Positions 1-11,673 of a stretch of DNA of 64,000 nt are shown in pieces (position 1 is the stretch's first letter; each line of letters starts with the position of its first letter). The DNA comes from Kudoa neothunni. Its lineage: Eukaryota; Animalia; Cnidaria. A program made the translations under genes and the position numbers. The stretch is taken from the NCBI GenBank assembly GCA_964304625.1, contig OZ199839.1, positions 9,857,072 to 9,921,071 on the forward strand, read 5' to 3'. The notes below the pieces were generated by a model. That model was not told the origin of the DNA. It worked only from the letters and a program-made list of their open reading frames with translations, and did no database searches.

Positions 1-19
1 ATTTTAATGATCAATATAG

Positions 20-226
20 GAGAAACTTCTAATCAATCAAAGTAAAATTGTAAAATGATAATATTAAATATGATTAATTTTTAGGGCGAGCACGTCAATG
101 TATTTTTTAGTTATTTGAGTATATTTGAATGAGATACCATTTAGGATAATTGGAATTATTGTTCCGATTGCTATCGTTGTAGTGGCGGCTGGATTGTACT
201 TTGGTTACAAGAAGAACAAATCATAA
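20..226 (+). CDS. 3' end (last three exons) of Cys/FN3-like type I membrane protein, copy A; gene starts upstream of the window
   Basis: Exons 20-41, 85-99 and 145-226 with GT-AG boundaries encode ...ETSNQSKASTSMIIGIIVPIAIVVVAAGLYFGYKKNKS*, nearly identical to the ends of copies B and C. Confidence 0.9.
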
Positions 227-1173
227 GGATCGATCTAAACATCAGCTTATTAGTCATAATAAAACAATATTATTATTTTTAAAGTTTAAATTTTAACATT
301 TTATATAGTTTTTTTATTTTTCAAATACTAAAGTGATATAAAGCCTATGGCATACTAATAATTTAGTCAAACTTATATTAGATTTATAGTTTTATTCAAT
401 CTTGTTCTACGTATTAATTCTTTTACTAAGTCTACTAAATTAAAATAATATTTTTGTATGTTTAAAAATTTGCTCCAAATATGTTCAATGTAATAAGTTT
501 TATTTTATTGAAAACTGAGGTTAGCTTATAGGTAGAAATCATAATTTCCGACGTTTATTTTAGAAAAGTCGACGTTTAGATAAAAAAGGAATTTATTAGT
601 GCAAATAATCAAAATTTTCCTAAAGAATAGATATATTTTAATATTAACTATGTAATATAAAATAAAAATATTATATTGAAAACATTTTTCATCATTCACT
701 TCTGAGATTGATGCATAAATTGGTTTAAAAAATTTTTATTTAGAAAAATTTGTTTCGATTACGATAATTAATGATGGTATGCACATCAAATCTTGATATT
801 GTACCGACAAAATAATGTATTTTAATTTTTTGAGTATAACTTATTTCTATCTATAATGTTACTTCTAGAGTAAAGTTACAATAATTCTTTTTACAATTTG
901 TCTTTTTCATTCGTATCTAGAAAATTCGAGATATCATATGTATTCAATTCTTCAATATTATTATATCTATTTACATTCGATTTCTTCATAATTTTCTGGG
1001 AATTTTCAATTGTGAAACAACGGTATGTTTGATTTTTTATTCTTCCCGATATTTCTAAACTTTAAAATCAACAAATTCTGACATCTTAATTAAAAAAAAT
1101 CTTTTGGAACAAAAGAAAAATCAACTTCTCATCTTTAAAACTACTTAATATGTTAGACTTGTGTATACTATAT

Positions 1174-4100
1174 CAGAGGTGGCCAAACTTGCCCAGAACG
1201 GGAGTCAATTATAAGGTTGCCTAAATTTTCATCAGCCACAAAGAATTAAAATCATTTATGTAACATTTCCTTATTCAACCCTTTCACGTTCTATTTTTTG
1301 GTTTTTCTAAAAAAATATATATTGATAATTGGATATTTTTTAGTAAAAATATATAATTTTAATTTGAAAAATAATTATATCATGAAGATTTTTTAAATTT
1401 TGTTCATGTGCATTTAATTACACATTGGGACTAAATGATAAATAAAAGTTGAAAATGAATAAAATGTTCAAAGTAACTATTCAAACATTAGATTTAATGA
1501 ATAATTATTTTAAATTTCAAAATTCATGAAACGTTATTAACAAATAACCCTAAAACAGCATGTCTCCCATGAACCATCTCCAAATTTTTTTCATTTTTCT
1601 TAGTAATAATATATAAATTTATTTATAATGTCAACATAATGTAATTTTTTATTTATAAATTTATTTTTTAACGCGTATTGGTTCGGTGTATTTAATTTCA
1701 CTAAGATTAGAAGAAAAAATGACATAATAATTTGCAAGAAAATAACACACAAAATAATAAACGTACGGATTAATTCAACTTAATTAATTTCATTTTTGAT
1801 GAAATTCGTAGAAACAATTCCTTTCTATAACCCGAAAACAATTCGTTTTGCATTTAATGCATTTGAATGACATAATTTTTTGGACAAACTTTGCATCTAT
1901 TACGTGTGGGCGTGCCTTCGGGGGAAGGCCCAACATTGTCGAATCAGATATCATCAGAAAGAGAGGGAACCACAATTTTCTGACTTATTGAATTCTTCAA
2001 TTCACTTTCTACTGATAATGATGATTTCCCTCGCTTTAACTTTACGTTTGTTTCCTTTTAAGAAACGTTAAAGACTCGTATTCTGAATAGGTGAAATTCA
2101 GTTAACCAAATATTTCGCTCTCTTCTATTTCTCTTTTATAATACCCAAGAGTCCACCAAAGCTGTATTTATTCCTCAATAAAATATCCTCAAGTTAACAT
2201 TTTAAACCGTTGTTTGGTTGGTTTTCCATGCACATGTTGCTTTGAACAGCACCTACCTTTAAATGATATCATCTGTTCATCTACAGGTAACTTCCTTTCG
2301 GGTTGAATCTTTAACCAATTTGATCTTAAATAGTCAAAAAATTGTCTTATTTTCAAAAACCTACAAAAAAAGGATTGGATTGTTGAGTGACTATTTCGTC
2401 ATTGTATTTTAAAATGAAGAAATCAACTCAAATCTACGGCGTATGAACACGTTAGCAATTGGCTCAAACTTAAAACATCTTTGCCAATAACAACGATATC
2501 TAGGCATCCTTATTATACCCATTAAAATGATAACTCCAATAAACTTTTCTATTTCATCACTATCAGTTTTGAAACATGAATTAGATCGGCTGAAATAAAG
2601 GTTTTTTTGTTCAACCATCGAATCTATGAAAGATTTATTCATAAATTGGTTGAAGTAATCGATAGGAATAAAAAGTCCATTTATTTCTTCAAAATATCAC
2701 TCTGAATTCTCATAATCAACATTATTATTTAATGTTAAAATCTATATAATCCAATTATATTTGAAGTTCGAGTTGTATTTTTCTTCGTCGGTAACCTCAT
2801 TATGGTTTTCTGAGTATTCATCGCATTTTTCAAAAATATCGATATTTTTATTTTCTAAACAGATCTCCGGTTCTAAAATATTAGGATCGGGCATATTGAC
2901 TACTTTTTGTCCTATTTCTCCACTTTTTGCAGATAAATCCGAAATATTGTAATTCATTTCTTCATCACGTGTGTTCCACGGAATCCCAATGTGCATTTAA
3001 ATGCACAAGCTCTAATACCCAAATAGCTATTTATTCTTAAAATCTTTTTATATATTTTATTATTTGTTATGGAAAATTCAAATTAATTTTTAAAGTTGAC
3101 GTTGATAATGAACACTGATCAATTCTATGTGTGTAATCTTTCACGTTTGGAGCATGCTCTATATATAGATGAAAAACATAATATTTTCTTACATTTTCAA
3201 GGAAAATTATTCATACTTTGAAATAGTGATGACAATTAAGTATTGATTATGATACATCGAACATATTGTATGAAACAGTAGTTAAGTGTATTAAAAGATT
3301 GCGTTTTTCTTATGTGCATTCAAATGCACACTAGACGCGAAAGGGTTAAACTTACATTTTTGGGAAGTTTTTGATAAATATTAAGATATATTTATGTAGA
3401 AATATAAATAAAGGTCTTTATTTCTTTCTTATTCAGTTACTCGCTGGAAAACTTTCATATAATTTTTATAGGTATAATTTATGATGGTTTTTCCAAAAAG
3501 GTTTATTAGGTGTTAATAATCCAAGAAACTTTTTATCCATGAAAAATATCGCAAAAAAAATTAAATTAATTACGTGCGAATTAAATAATAACACAAGAAT
3601 TTAATGCATTCGAACAAATTATTTTTAGAAATTGTTTCTAATGTTGCAAGTTTTTTACGCTTCAAAATTATCGGTGTGCTTGCGGTAATCTGCTTCGTAA
3701 GCTGTTAGTGCTGGATAAATTAGTTCCTGCAGGTGTTTGTTTGGGAGGGAGGGAACCGCGATGCTTCGATTTTGGAAACTTCATCATTGAAAAAATGCAG
3801 ACAACACTAAGTTTTTCCAATGAAAACAAAAAGTGTTTGAGGCAAATTTATTTTTATTTTTAATATTTATTTTCTGTAACATATTTCCAAAGATCGCTGG
3901 ATGAGTTTGAATTATGAATCATCCTAAAAACTTTAATGCGTGTTTTATTCTTTCGATATATATCACTTTGGTAATGGATAAACCCTAGTTTTAATTGCAT
4001 TTCATAATTTAACTAGTAATAATTCTAGTTTTTATCGAATATTAAAAATATTTGGTAGACTGTAACGATGTTTTCTAATCAAAAATATAATCTAGTTTAC

Positions 4101-4255
4101 GATTAAAGATTTAATTTCTTCACTGGATTACATAGTTTGAATTTTTCACTTTCCTGAGTCAACTCACGGGTTGAATAAAAAAAACGTGAACTCACAAAAT
4201 TTTTTTTCAAGAGTCTCACCATAACGTACAAAAAGCCACAGTTTGTCCACCCCTG
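1174..4255. mobile_element. hAT-superfamily DNA transposon (degenerate) with a nested piggyBac
   Basis: TIRs CAGAGGTGGCCAAACT and (revcomp) CAGGGGTGGACAAACT; perfect 8-bp TSD TACTATAT at 1166-1173 and 4256-4263. Confidence 0.9.
1279..3345 (-). mobile_element. piggyBac element with decayed transposase
   Basis: TIRs CCCTTTCACGTTCTA / CCCTTTCGCGTCTA flanked by TCAA and TTAA; subterminal palindromes TGTGCATTTAAATGCACA near 1407, 2990 and 3313; minus-strand fragments 'EIEKFIGVIILMGIIRMPRYRCYW', 'DEQMISFKGR' and a Cys-rich C-terminus (1790-1975). Confidence 0.88.
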
Positions 4256-7090
4256 TACTATATCCTGAATTTATCTAATCATTCAATATGTTTGGATAAA
4301 CCTATTGAAGAATTGGCCACTATTTTGGTGGATAATTTGTAAGCGAAAGCAAATTTTTTGGATAAATAAATTATATATTTATCAATTATTACAATAATCG
4401 AATAAAACGGCAAATTTGGTACTGATTCATGATGATTTTCCAAATAATTTCCCATAATAACCTTGGAATACTGTTGGCAACATAACGTGCAGTTGTACAA
4501 ATTATATCACCTAATATCCAGGACTTAGCATTTCTTTTTCTTATCATATACTATTTTTGAGTTCTATTTCATATTTTATACCATTTTTAGGAATGAGATA
4601 AAAAAATCCTTGACGGATCAATTTTTTAATAAAACAGCAGAAAGTTTTATACAGAACCGTTATTGTACAAAATTTCGCATCCACTACCTTTTGTTTTGCA
4701 TAATGGGTTAAATGCGTAAAGCATGTTATAGTTGTAATATTCTTATGAATCTTGTTTATTATTTTTTAATATTTTCTTTATGCAACGCGGAGTTCGGAAC
4801 GATGGAAACAAAATTTTGCCACATAACCCACTTTTTTAAATACTTCTGAAATGACGTTGGCCATTATGACAGAATTGAGTTCATTCACAATTCATATTAT
4901 AACATTAAAACATTTATTTCATTAGTGTTCAGATTGTAAAAACAAATCAATATGTATATTATTGGTCTGTTTTAAAGTTAAAGCTTTTGTCTATTATAAG
5001 GGAAAATGCATATTTGCATAACTGGATTTTAAAACTTTCAAAATTATTATCATAAAAAGATGGTAAATATTCGGCCAACTAATTGTGCCATTTAGCAATG
5101 ACCTATCTAAATATTAATACTTAATTATAACATCACGAAAAGTGTTTCTGTCGTCAGATGTCAATAGGAAAAACCATCAAAAGCAACAATAGACAATAAG
5201 ACCATTTTATGATCATTATCCCGTTTATATCTAAAAAATATTTGGAATGGGAGAGAAATTTTCAAATGAGACTTTAAGAACAGATGTTTTTCGAACAAGT
5301 GTGTTTCATGACCCTCTTCTTTTAAATAGAAAGAAAAAGTTTGCGGACCTGAAAATTAAATGTGCCATTTACATTTTCTATATCAGTTCATTCAAGTAGA
5401 AAATTTTTGATTTTTCTCCCTCTTCTGCCTATAATGAAGAAATTTAATAGAAAATGAGAGTTTAAAAAGGAAATAAAATTCTAGGAATAGAAAACTAACG
5501 TTTACCGATTATAATCGATAATTACGGTTTCTGAACATAACATTTTCTAATTCCTTGTTTTTCACCGCCGCAGGGATTTTTTTAATTTATTATTTTTCTT
5601 AATAAATACATGTAATACCTAATATTCCTAGTATCAAAATTTATACTAATTTCTGAAAATAATATATAATTTAATTTCTGTCATTACTTTATAATTTTAA
5701 AAATAATTTATAGATTATTTTCTAAACTTTTTTTTATAAATAAATTAATTGTTAAATATGAATTGATTCTATAAAAAGTTTTCACACAATAAAATTTGTA
5801 TAAATTCGATGGATTTAGTATATTAGACGTTTTTGACTAATGTGTCGTCCGAAGAAACAAAGATTATTCAACCAAAGTATGGCCGTTACTTATAAAGATG
5901 AAAAATATTAATTTTCTCTATTAGTAAAGAAACGACAAAATATAAAATTTTACTTTGAGAATTTTGATTAAAAAATTAACTTAGATACTGATTTTCTAGC
6001 AATGAGATATTGCGAAAGATAATAAGGTTTTTTTTAATTGTCATAAAATATCGGAAAAGTCTAAGTTCATATTTAGGAATTAATATTTTTAAATTTATCT
6101 CCAGAAATTATATTAAAAACCTCTTATTTCGATTTATTATTCAAGTTATTAATTTTATTGAGAAGTATATTTTCATCAGATACAAATTCTTATCGGAGAC
6201 TACTCAAACTTCACTGATTTCCTCAAATATTTTTCTTTAATTTATAATTTGGCATAATAAAACGAGCGTATATAATTTAATAAGTAATTTTTTACATATT
6301 GAAATTGAACATATAATTTTCTACATTTAATTATTAACAAAATCAACGTTTAACTTTAAATGTAATCGGTACTTAAGACTATTAAAATCTACATCATTAT
6401 AATGGTTATAAAAAGGTAAAATGAGTATATATTGATGTTAGTCACTCCGAATGATTTACAATATTGGTAGATAAAATATAACAAATAACTTTGGTGGGCA
6501 TTTTTATTAATGTGAGTCTTCCGAAAGCCGAATTGATAAATTTACAATCAAAATTTCAAAAAATGGCCAATGTTTCAGAGAGATGATTCGATGAAAATAA
6601 AATTTTATGAAGACAGAATTATCCAAGTAGCAAGAGTTCTTACTGACACATTAAGATCTCATTTACTGTCAATATAACCTATTCTACATGAAATATCAAA
6701 ATTAGTTCCAATTGATTTAGTACATTTTGTGCAACATATTTTCTAGAGAATAATGAGAAACGTGAATTAATTTCAAGCCAGCTGCTACACCAAATATTGC
6801 GTTGATCTTGTTGATAGAAAATCCAAAGTTTTCTTAGACAAATTACTCTTAATAGTTGTTTTTTCATTATAACGACGGAGAGCCATTAGTTCAACTTTTT
6901 ATTCTAATCAGCCCTTTTTTAACTGTTTCAGCCAGATATTGCATACACTATCCCAAAGAAAGCCAAATGATAATTATTCCATATCTTTATTTAACATTAA
7001 GTTTTCGTAAAGGATTACATAAAATACATGCTGAGGTAGTCTTGTAAAGATTGTAAAATTCTAATAACTTTAAATAACTTAAATAATCCG

Positions 7091-7145
7091 ATTAGTCATA
7101 ATTTTTAGATGGTATTATCTCTTTCATGAATAGTTATTGTTTATT
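7091..7145 (+). promoter_or_regulatory. Conserved upstream motifs of the membrane-protein genes (ATTAGTCATA; TGAATAGTTATTGTTTATT)
   Basis: Both motifs recur in the same order upstream of copy C (11534-11543, 11611-11629) within otherwise diverged flanks. Confidence 0.5.
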
Positions 7146-7190
7146 GGTACTATAAAATAAATAATCTGATATATATTCTACTTAATATAA

Positions 7191-10157
7191 ATGAAGACAA
7201 ACATGGTCTCATTTACCTTGATTGTTGCATTATTTTGTAATAAATTAAAATTCTAGATTCTTTTTAAACCATTTTAGGCATTAAGAAAGTTTTTGTGCTT
7301 GGAGCCACAGGTGCGACTACTGAACCTGCCAAAGTTCTCACCTATCGCATAGCAGATAGTAACAAAGTACATCTGACTTTATCTGGAACAATTTATGCTA
7401 CTTCGGAGAAAAAATGCCTTATAAGAAAAGAAAAGGAAGGTACGGTCGAATTTGACCATATAAATACATGTCCTAGCAATGATAGTACACATGGAGGTGG
7501 AAAATGTCTTCGTGCTTGCTCTGGAGAAAACATTAAATTGGATTTTAATGTGTTATCACCCAAAACGAAATATATTTATGTATATTCTGGGGGTGAATAT
7601 GCAGAAATACATAATAAGAATAATGGAGGAGATGTGTTTGGATTGTCCATTCGTAATTTTTATTAATTTGTTTTTAAAAATAATTAAATATAGCTCTCTT
7701 GGTGAATCCAACAGTCACAATTTCTACAGACACTTCAGGGAAACTGAAACTTGCAACCAAAACATGTCCTAAAGTCGCTTGTCCCATTTATTACAAAGGT
7801 GTCCAATACGCCGTCGGTACAGCTGGTGCTACTTGTGAAGCTAATATTGAAAATACGGTTGATTATGACGTGCTGATACCTCACTATGAAATGAAATGTA
7901 AGAATTTACCAAGCTTTTTCTACCATATGCCAAATACATACATGAGAAAAAACATTGCTACATATAAACCACAGTACTATGTTACATATAAGGAAAATGA
8001 TAATGACAAGTTAAAATATCTTCTTAAGTTTACAAATGCTTTCCCATCAGAAATTTGTTTTTTTAATGTAAAAGATGCAGCGACTAACGCACCGACAAAC
8101 ACGAATAAATATGAATCATCGTGTGGCGGTGAGGCTGGAAAAAAATGTTATGCACCCTGCAATAATGTTGAATTGGCAGTTACTGCAACCAAACAGATCG
8201 TGAAAATATTAATTAAAACTAGGCACCATCAATTAGAAGTAGATGGAGCCTACGTTGATGGTTATGAAGAGAAAAAATTTGGTAATATTTCTTTAAATTT
8301 TAACTAGTTATCATTAGTATTAGCTATTGTTGAGGCCGCAAAAGCAAACGCTCTTTTAACGGCACATTCTGCTACTGGAGTTACAATTAATAGATCCCTG
8401 TATAGTCCAGGGAATAATAACGTTAAATTTACGACTTGCGCTTTAAAATACTTTCCAGCTGATATACCAAGAACAACAGTGAGAACCGCGGCAAATTGTC
8501 CAAGTGCTGATTGTGGAAGCGAATGCACAACCAGTTCCACTATTGGTTCTTTGATTTCAGGAAAAGCATATATAATTGAAATAACTTCTACTACCCCTAT
8601 AACGAATTATGATGGTTTTAAAGAATATTTGTTTTTCAGAACTAGTAATTATACTGATGTTTCATATTATATATTTTTTAGCTCGAAAACAGGGTTCAAA
8701 CTTCGTCACTTCCGCACCTACCACAACTGACATAACAGCTACATTAAAGGCAGTTGACGGTGATATGGAAAATAAACCGGCTGAACCAACATGTGAATAT
8801 TACATCAGTAAAGCAGGTAAAAACATGTTTGTAGAAGCAGAATGTGAAGATAGTTATCCATGCAGAGGATTTTGTAAGGAACCAAAGAAATTGATAAATT
8901 TAAGCCTTAAAACAAATTATGATATTAAAGCTGTTTCAAATAAAGACTATGGGATAAAAATATTTGAAAACGTCTCAACAAGTAAAAATATGGCATTGCC
9001 ATTTCATTTAATTTACGGTTGATAGCTTATTCGACCCTCACTCTATCCCACAATTTCCTCGATAAAGGATTTCGAGTTGTTGGAAGATTAACAACTGCAT
9101 ATCCAGAAGCAATATGTCACTATAAACTTAAAGTTAAAAATGGAACTAGTTCAGATGTAGTTTATTCCTGCCCAACAATTGCCCCTTCTCCTCCACAAGC
9201 CAACCCACCCAATACTAATGCTGTTCAATCTTCCACGAATCAAAATTTAGAACAATCTAATTTGATCAGTCATATAAATTCTTACAATAATAGAGTAGCA
9301 AGAGCGAGTGGCGCAGCTGTTATAACTCCAAGTTCATCTACGAACACCCAAACTGTAATTTCTCCTACCACGACAACTCAGTCTAAGTTCCCACCATGCA
9401 ATAAACCACCACTATGCAACAACATAATAATCAGCGAGGGTTACGAGGCTGATAAAGAATACCAAGTATTGGTCACAGCTGTGGACAGATCGGAAGAAAT
9501 TACCATCAATATTCCTAAAAGTATAATATTTATTTATCAAACTATAGAAAGTTCTAATATATCACACACAAATAGATGCTCTCCCTGAGAATCCTGAGGA
9601 AGTAGATAAACAAATCACAGTGATTATCGAAAGAGTTGGCGATACTTTAAAAATCACATCATTGCTTCCAAAAGAAAAGAATGAAAATTCATTGTGTCGA
9701 TGGATATTGAAAGATATGAACGATCCTTCTTTACCAATAGTGAAAAAGTGTGACACTGTTGGAAGTAGTAGGTGTGCACTTCCAACATGTAAATCATTCA
9801 CAATTGAGCGCGTAAGCGATATCAGTGATTATCATTTAACGGTTATTCACTCCCAAGACCCTACAATAAAAGGCGTTGGGAGAATTAAACAAGGTAGTTA
9901 ACAATAAATAATAATAATTATTATTATTATTATTTTAATGATCAATATAGGAGAAACTTCTAATCAATCAAAGTAAAATTGTAAAATGATAATATTAAAT
10001 TTGATTTAATTTTAGGGCGAGCACTTCAATGTATTATTAAATTATTTGAGTATATTTGAATGAGATACCATTTAGGATAATTGGAATTATTGTTCCGATT
10101 GTTATCGTTGTAGTAGCAGTTGGATTGTACTTTGGTTACAAGAAGAATAAATCCTAG
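7191..10157 (+). CDS. Type I membrane protein with seven Cys-containing FN3-like repeats, copy B (10 exons, 853 aa)
   Basis: Exons 7191-7236, 7278-7652, 7694-8281, 8324-8644, 8682-8981, 9026-9520, 9576-9893, 9951-9972, 10016-10030 and 10076-10157 splice into one open frame (2562 nt). Signal peptide MKTNMVSFTLIVALFC; FN3-like motifs (LSPKTKY, LISGKAYIIEI, LSLKTNYDIKAV, YEADKEYQVLV); TM IIGIIVPIVIVVVAVGLYFGY followed by KKNKS. The gene model is solid; the fold call is inference. Confidence 0.88.
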
Positions 10158-11673
10158 GGACCGATCTAAATATTAACTAATAAGTTTCTTTGAAAACATA
10201 TTATTTCTTAAAGATTATGAATTTCAATATTTTATATAGTTTTTTTATTTTTCAAATATTAAAGTGATATAAAGCCTATGGCATATTAATAATTTATTCA
10301 AACTTAGAATCATATCAGATTTATAGTTTGATTCAATAATTGCCTTCATACTAATTTTTAATTAAACCCAATAAATAAAAATTAATATTTTTTAAAATTT
10401 AAAATGTTCCTATCAAATATATTAAATCAAAAAAATTTTATTTTTTTAAATTATGACTTAAATAAATTTGAGGCCGTAATTTTCGACGTTTATTTTTGAA
10501 AAATTCGGCGCTTTAATAAAAAGGTGTGCAATCGTGTAAAAATCAAAATGTTCCTAGAGAATAGATATATTGAGATATTAATTATTTAGTTTTAATTTAA
10601 AATATAATATTAAAATCATTTTTCATCGTTTATTTGAGAGATTGATCCAGTAAACTGAGGGAATGATAGTTGTATACACATCAAATTTTGGCATATTGCC
10701 GACAAAATAGGATATTTTAATTTGATTGATTAAAAGACTTAATTCTGTCTATAATGTTACTCTCGGGAGAAGAGAATGAAATAGCTTACGTTATAATTTT
10801 TCATTTGTATTCGTATCAAGAGAATTTGAATTACCATTTGGATCCACGTCTTTATTATTTTCACGTCTCTTTACATCAACATTCATCTTAATTTCTAGAG
10901 AATTTTCATATAAAAAACAATTTTATGTATGATTTATGCTTGTTTCCGATAATTTTAAAATTAAAATATCAATAAATCTTCGTATCAATTAAATTTTTTT
11001 TATTTTAATACAAAATATTACGTGCTTAAATTATTGAATATTTAATAGCTACCTCAAATATTTTTAAATTTAACTTTTATTCTAAATAATTTTCTACCGA
11101 CTAAATATTTGGATGCAACTAAGGTATTTTTAACATCTCTCTTCTTGATTTAAAAAAGTATAACTGCTGACTTATAAAAAATATCATGAAATAGAAACTA
11201 ACATGATAAAATTGGATTGTAGGAAGTTTATAATAATTTTTTTTAAGTTTATCTAAACTCCGTAAATACTGATATTTTTAAATTTATATGTAAATTTAAA
11301 TAATTTTAATTAGGCATGAATCCAATGCAAACAGGTCATTATTACCTCTAAATTTGTTGGATAATAATCTTTTTGAATAAAAAGTTATGAATAAATTACA
11401 ATAAAATCATGAGAATTCTTTCATTAATCGTAGTATCACTGATATTAACTGTGAGTAAAAAATTTAGTTATATCTTGGCTAAGATAAAAAAATAGAGAAT
11501 CTAAGTAAAGATACCTAATATTAATTTAGTAAAATTAGTCATATCCATATAATTATAAATGTCTTCAATAAATTAGATTTTTATTCATGAAAAGAACGTT
11601 ATTTTTGTCTTGAATAGTTATTGTTTATTCATCGCATAAAAATATAATCAGATTTATTCATTATTTCATAACA

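Noticed and set aside
4264-7050. Possible host gene or further TE in the spacer after the hAT
   Set aside because: Only short, stop-ridden ORFs with weak transposase/integrase-like hints; no model could be supported.
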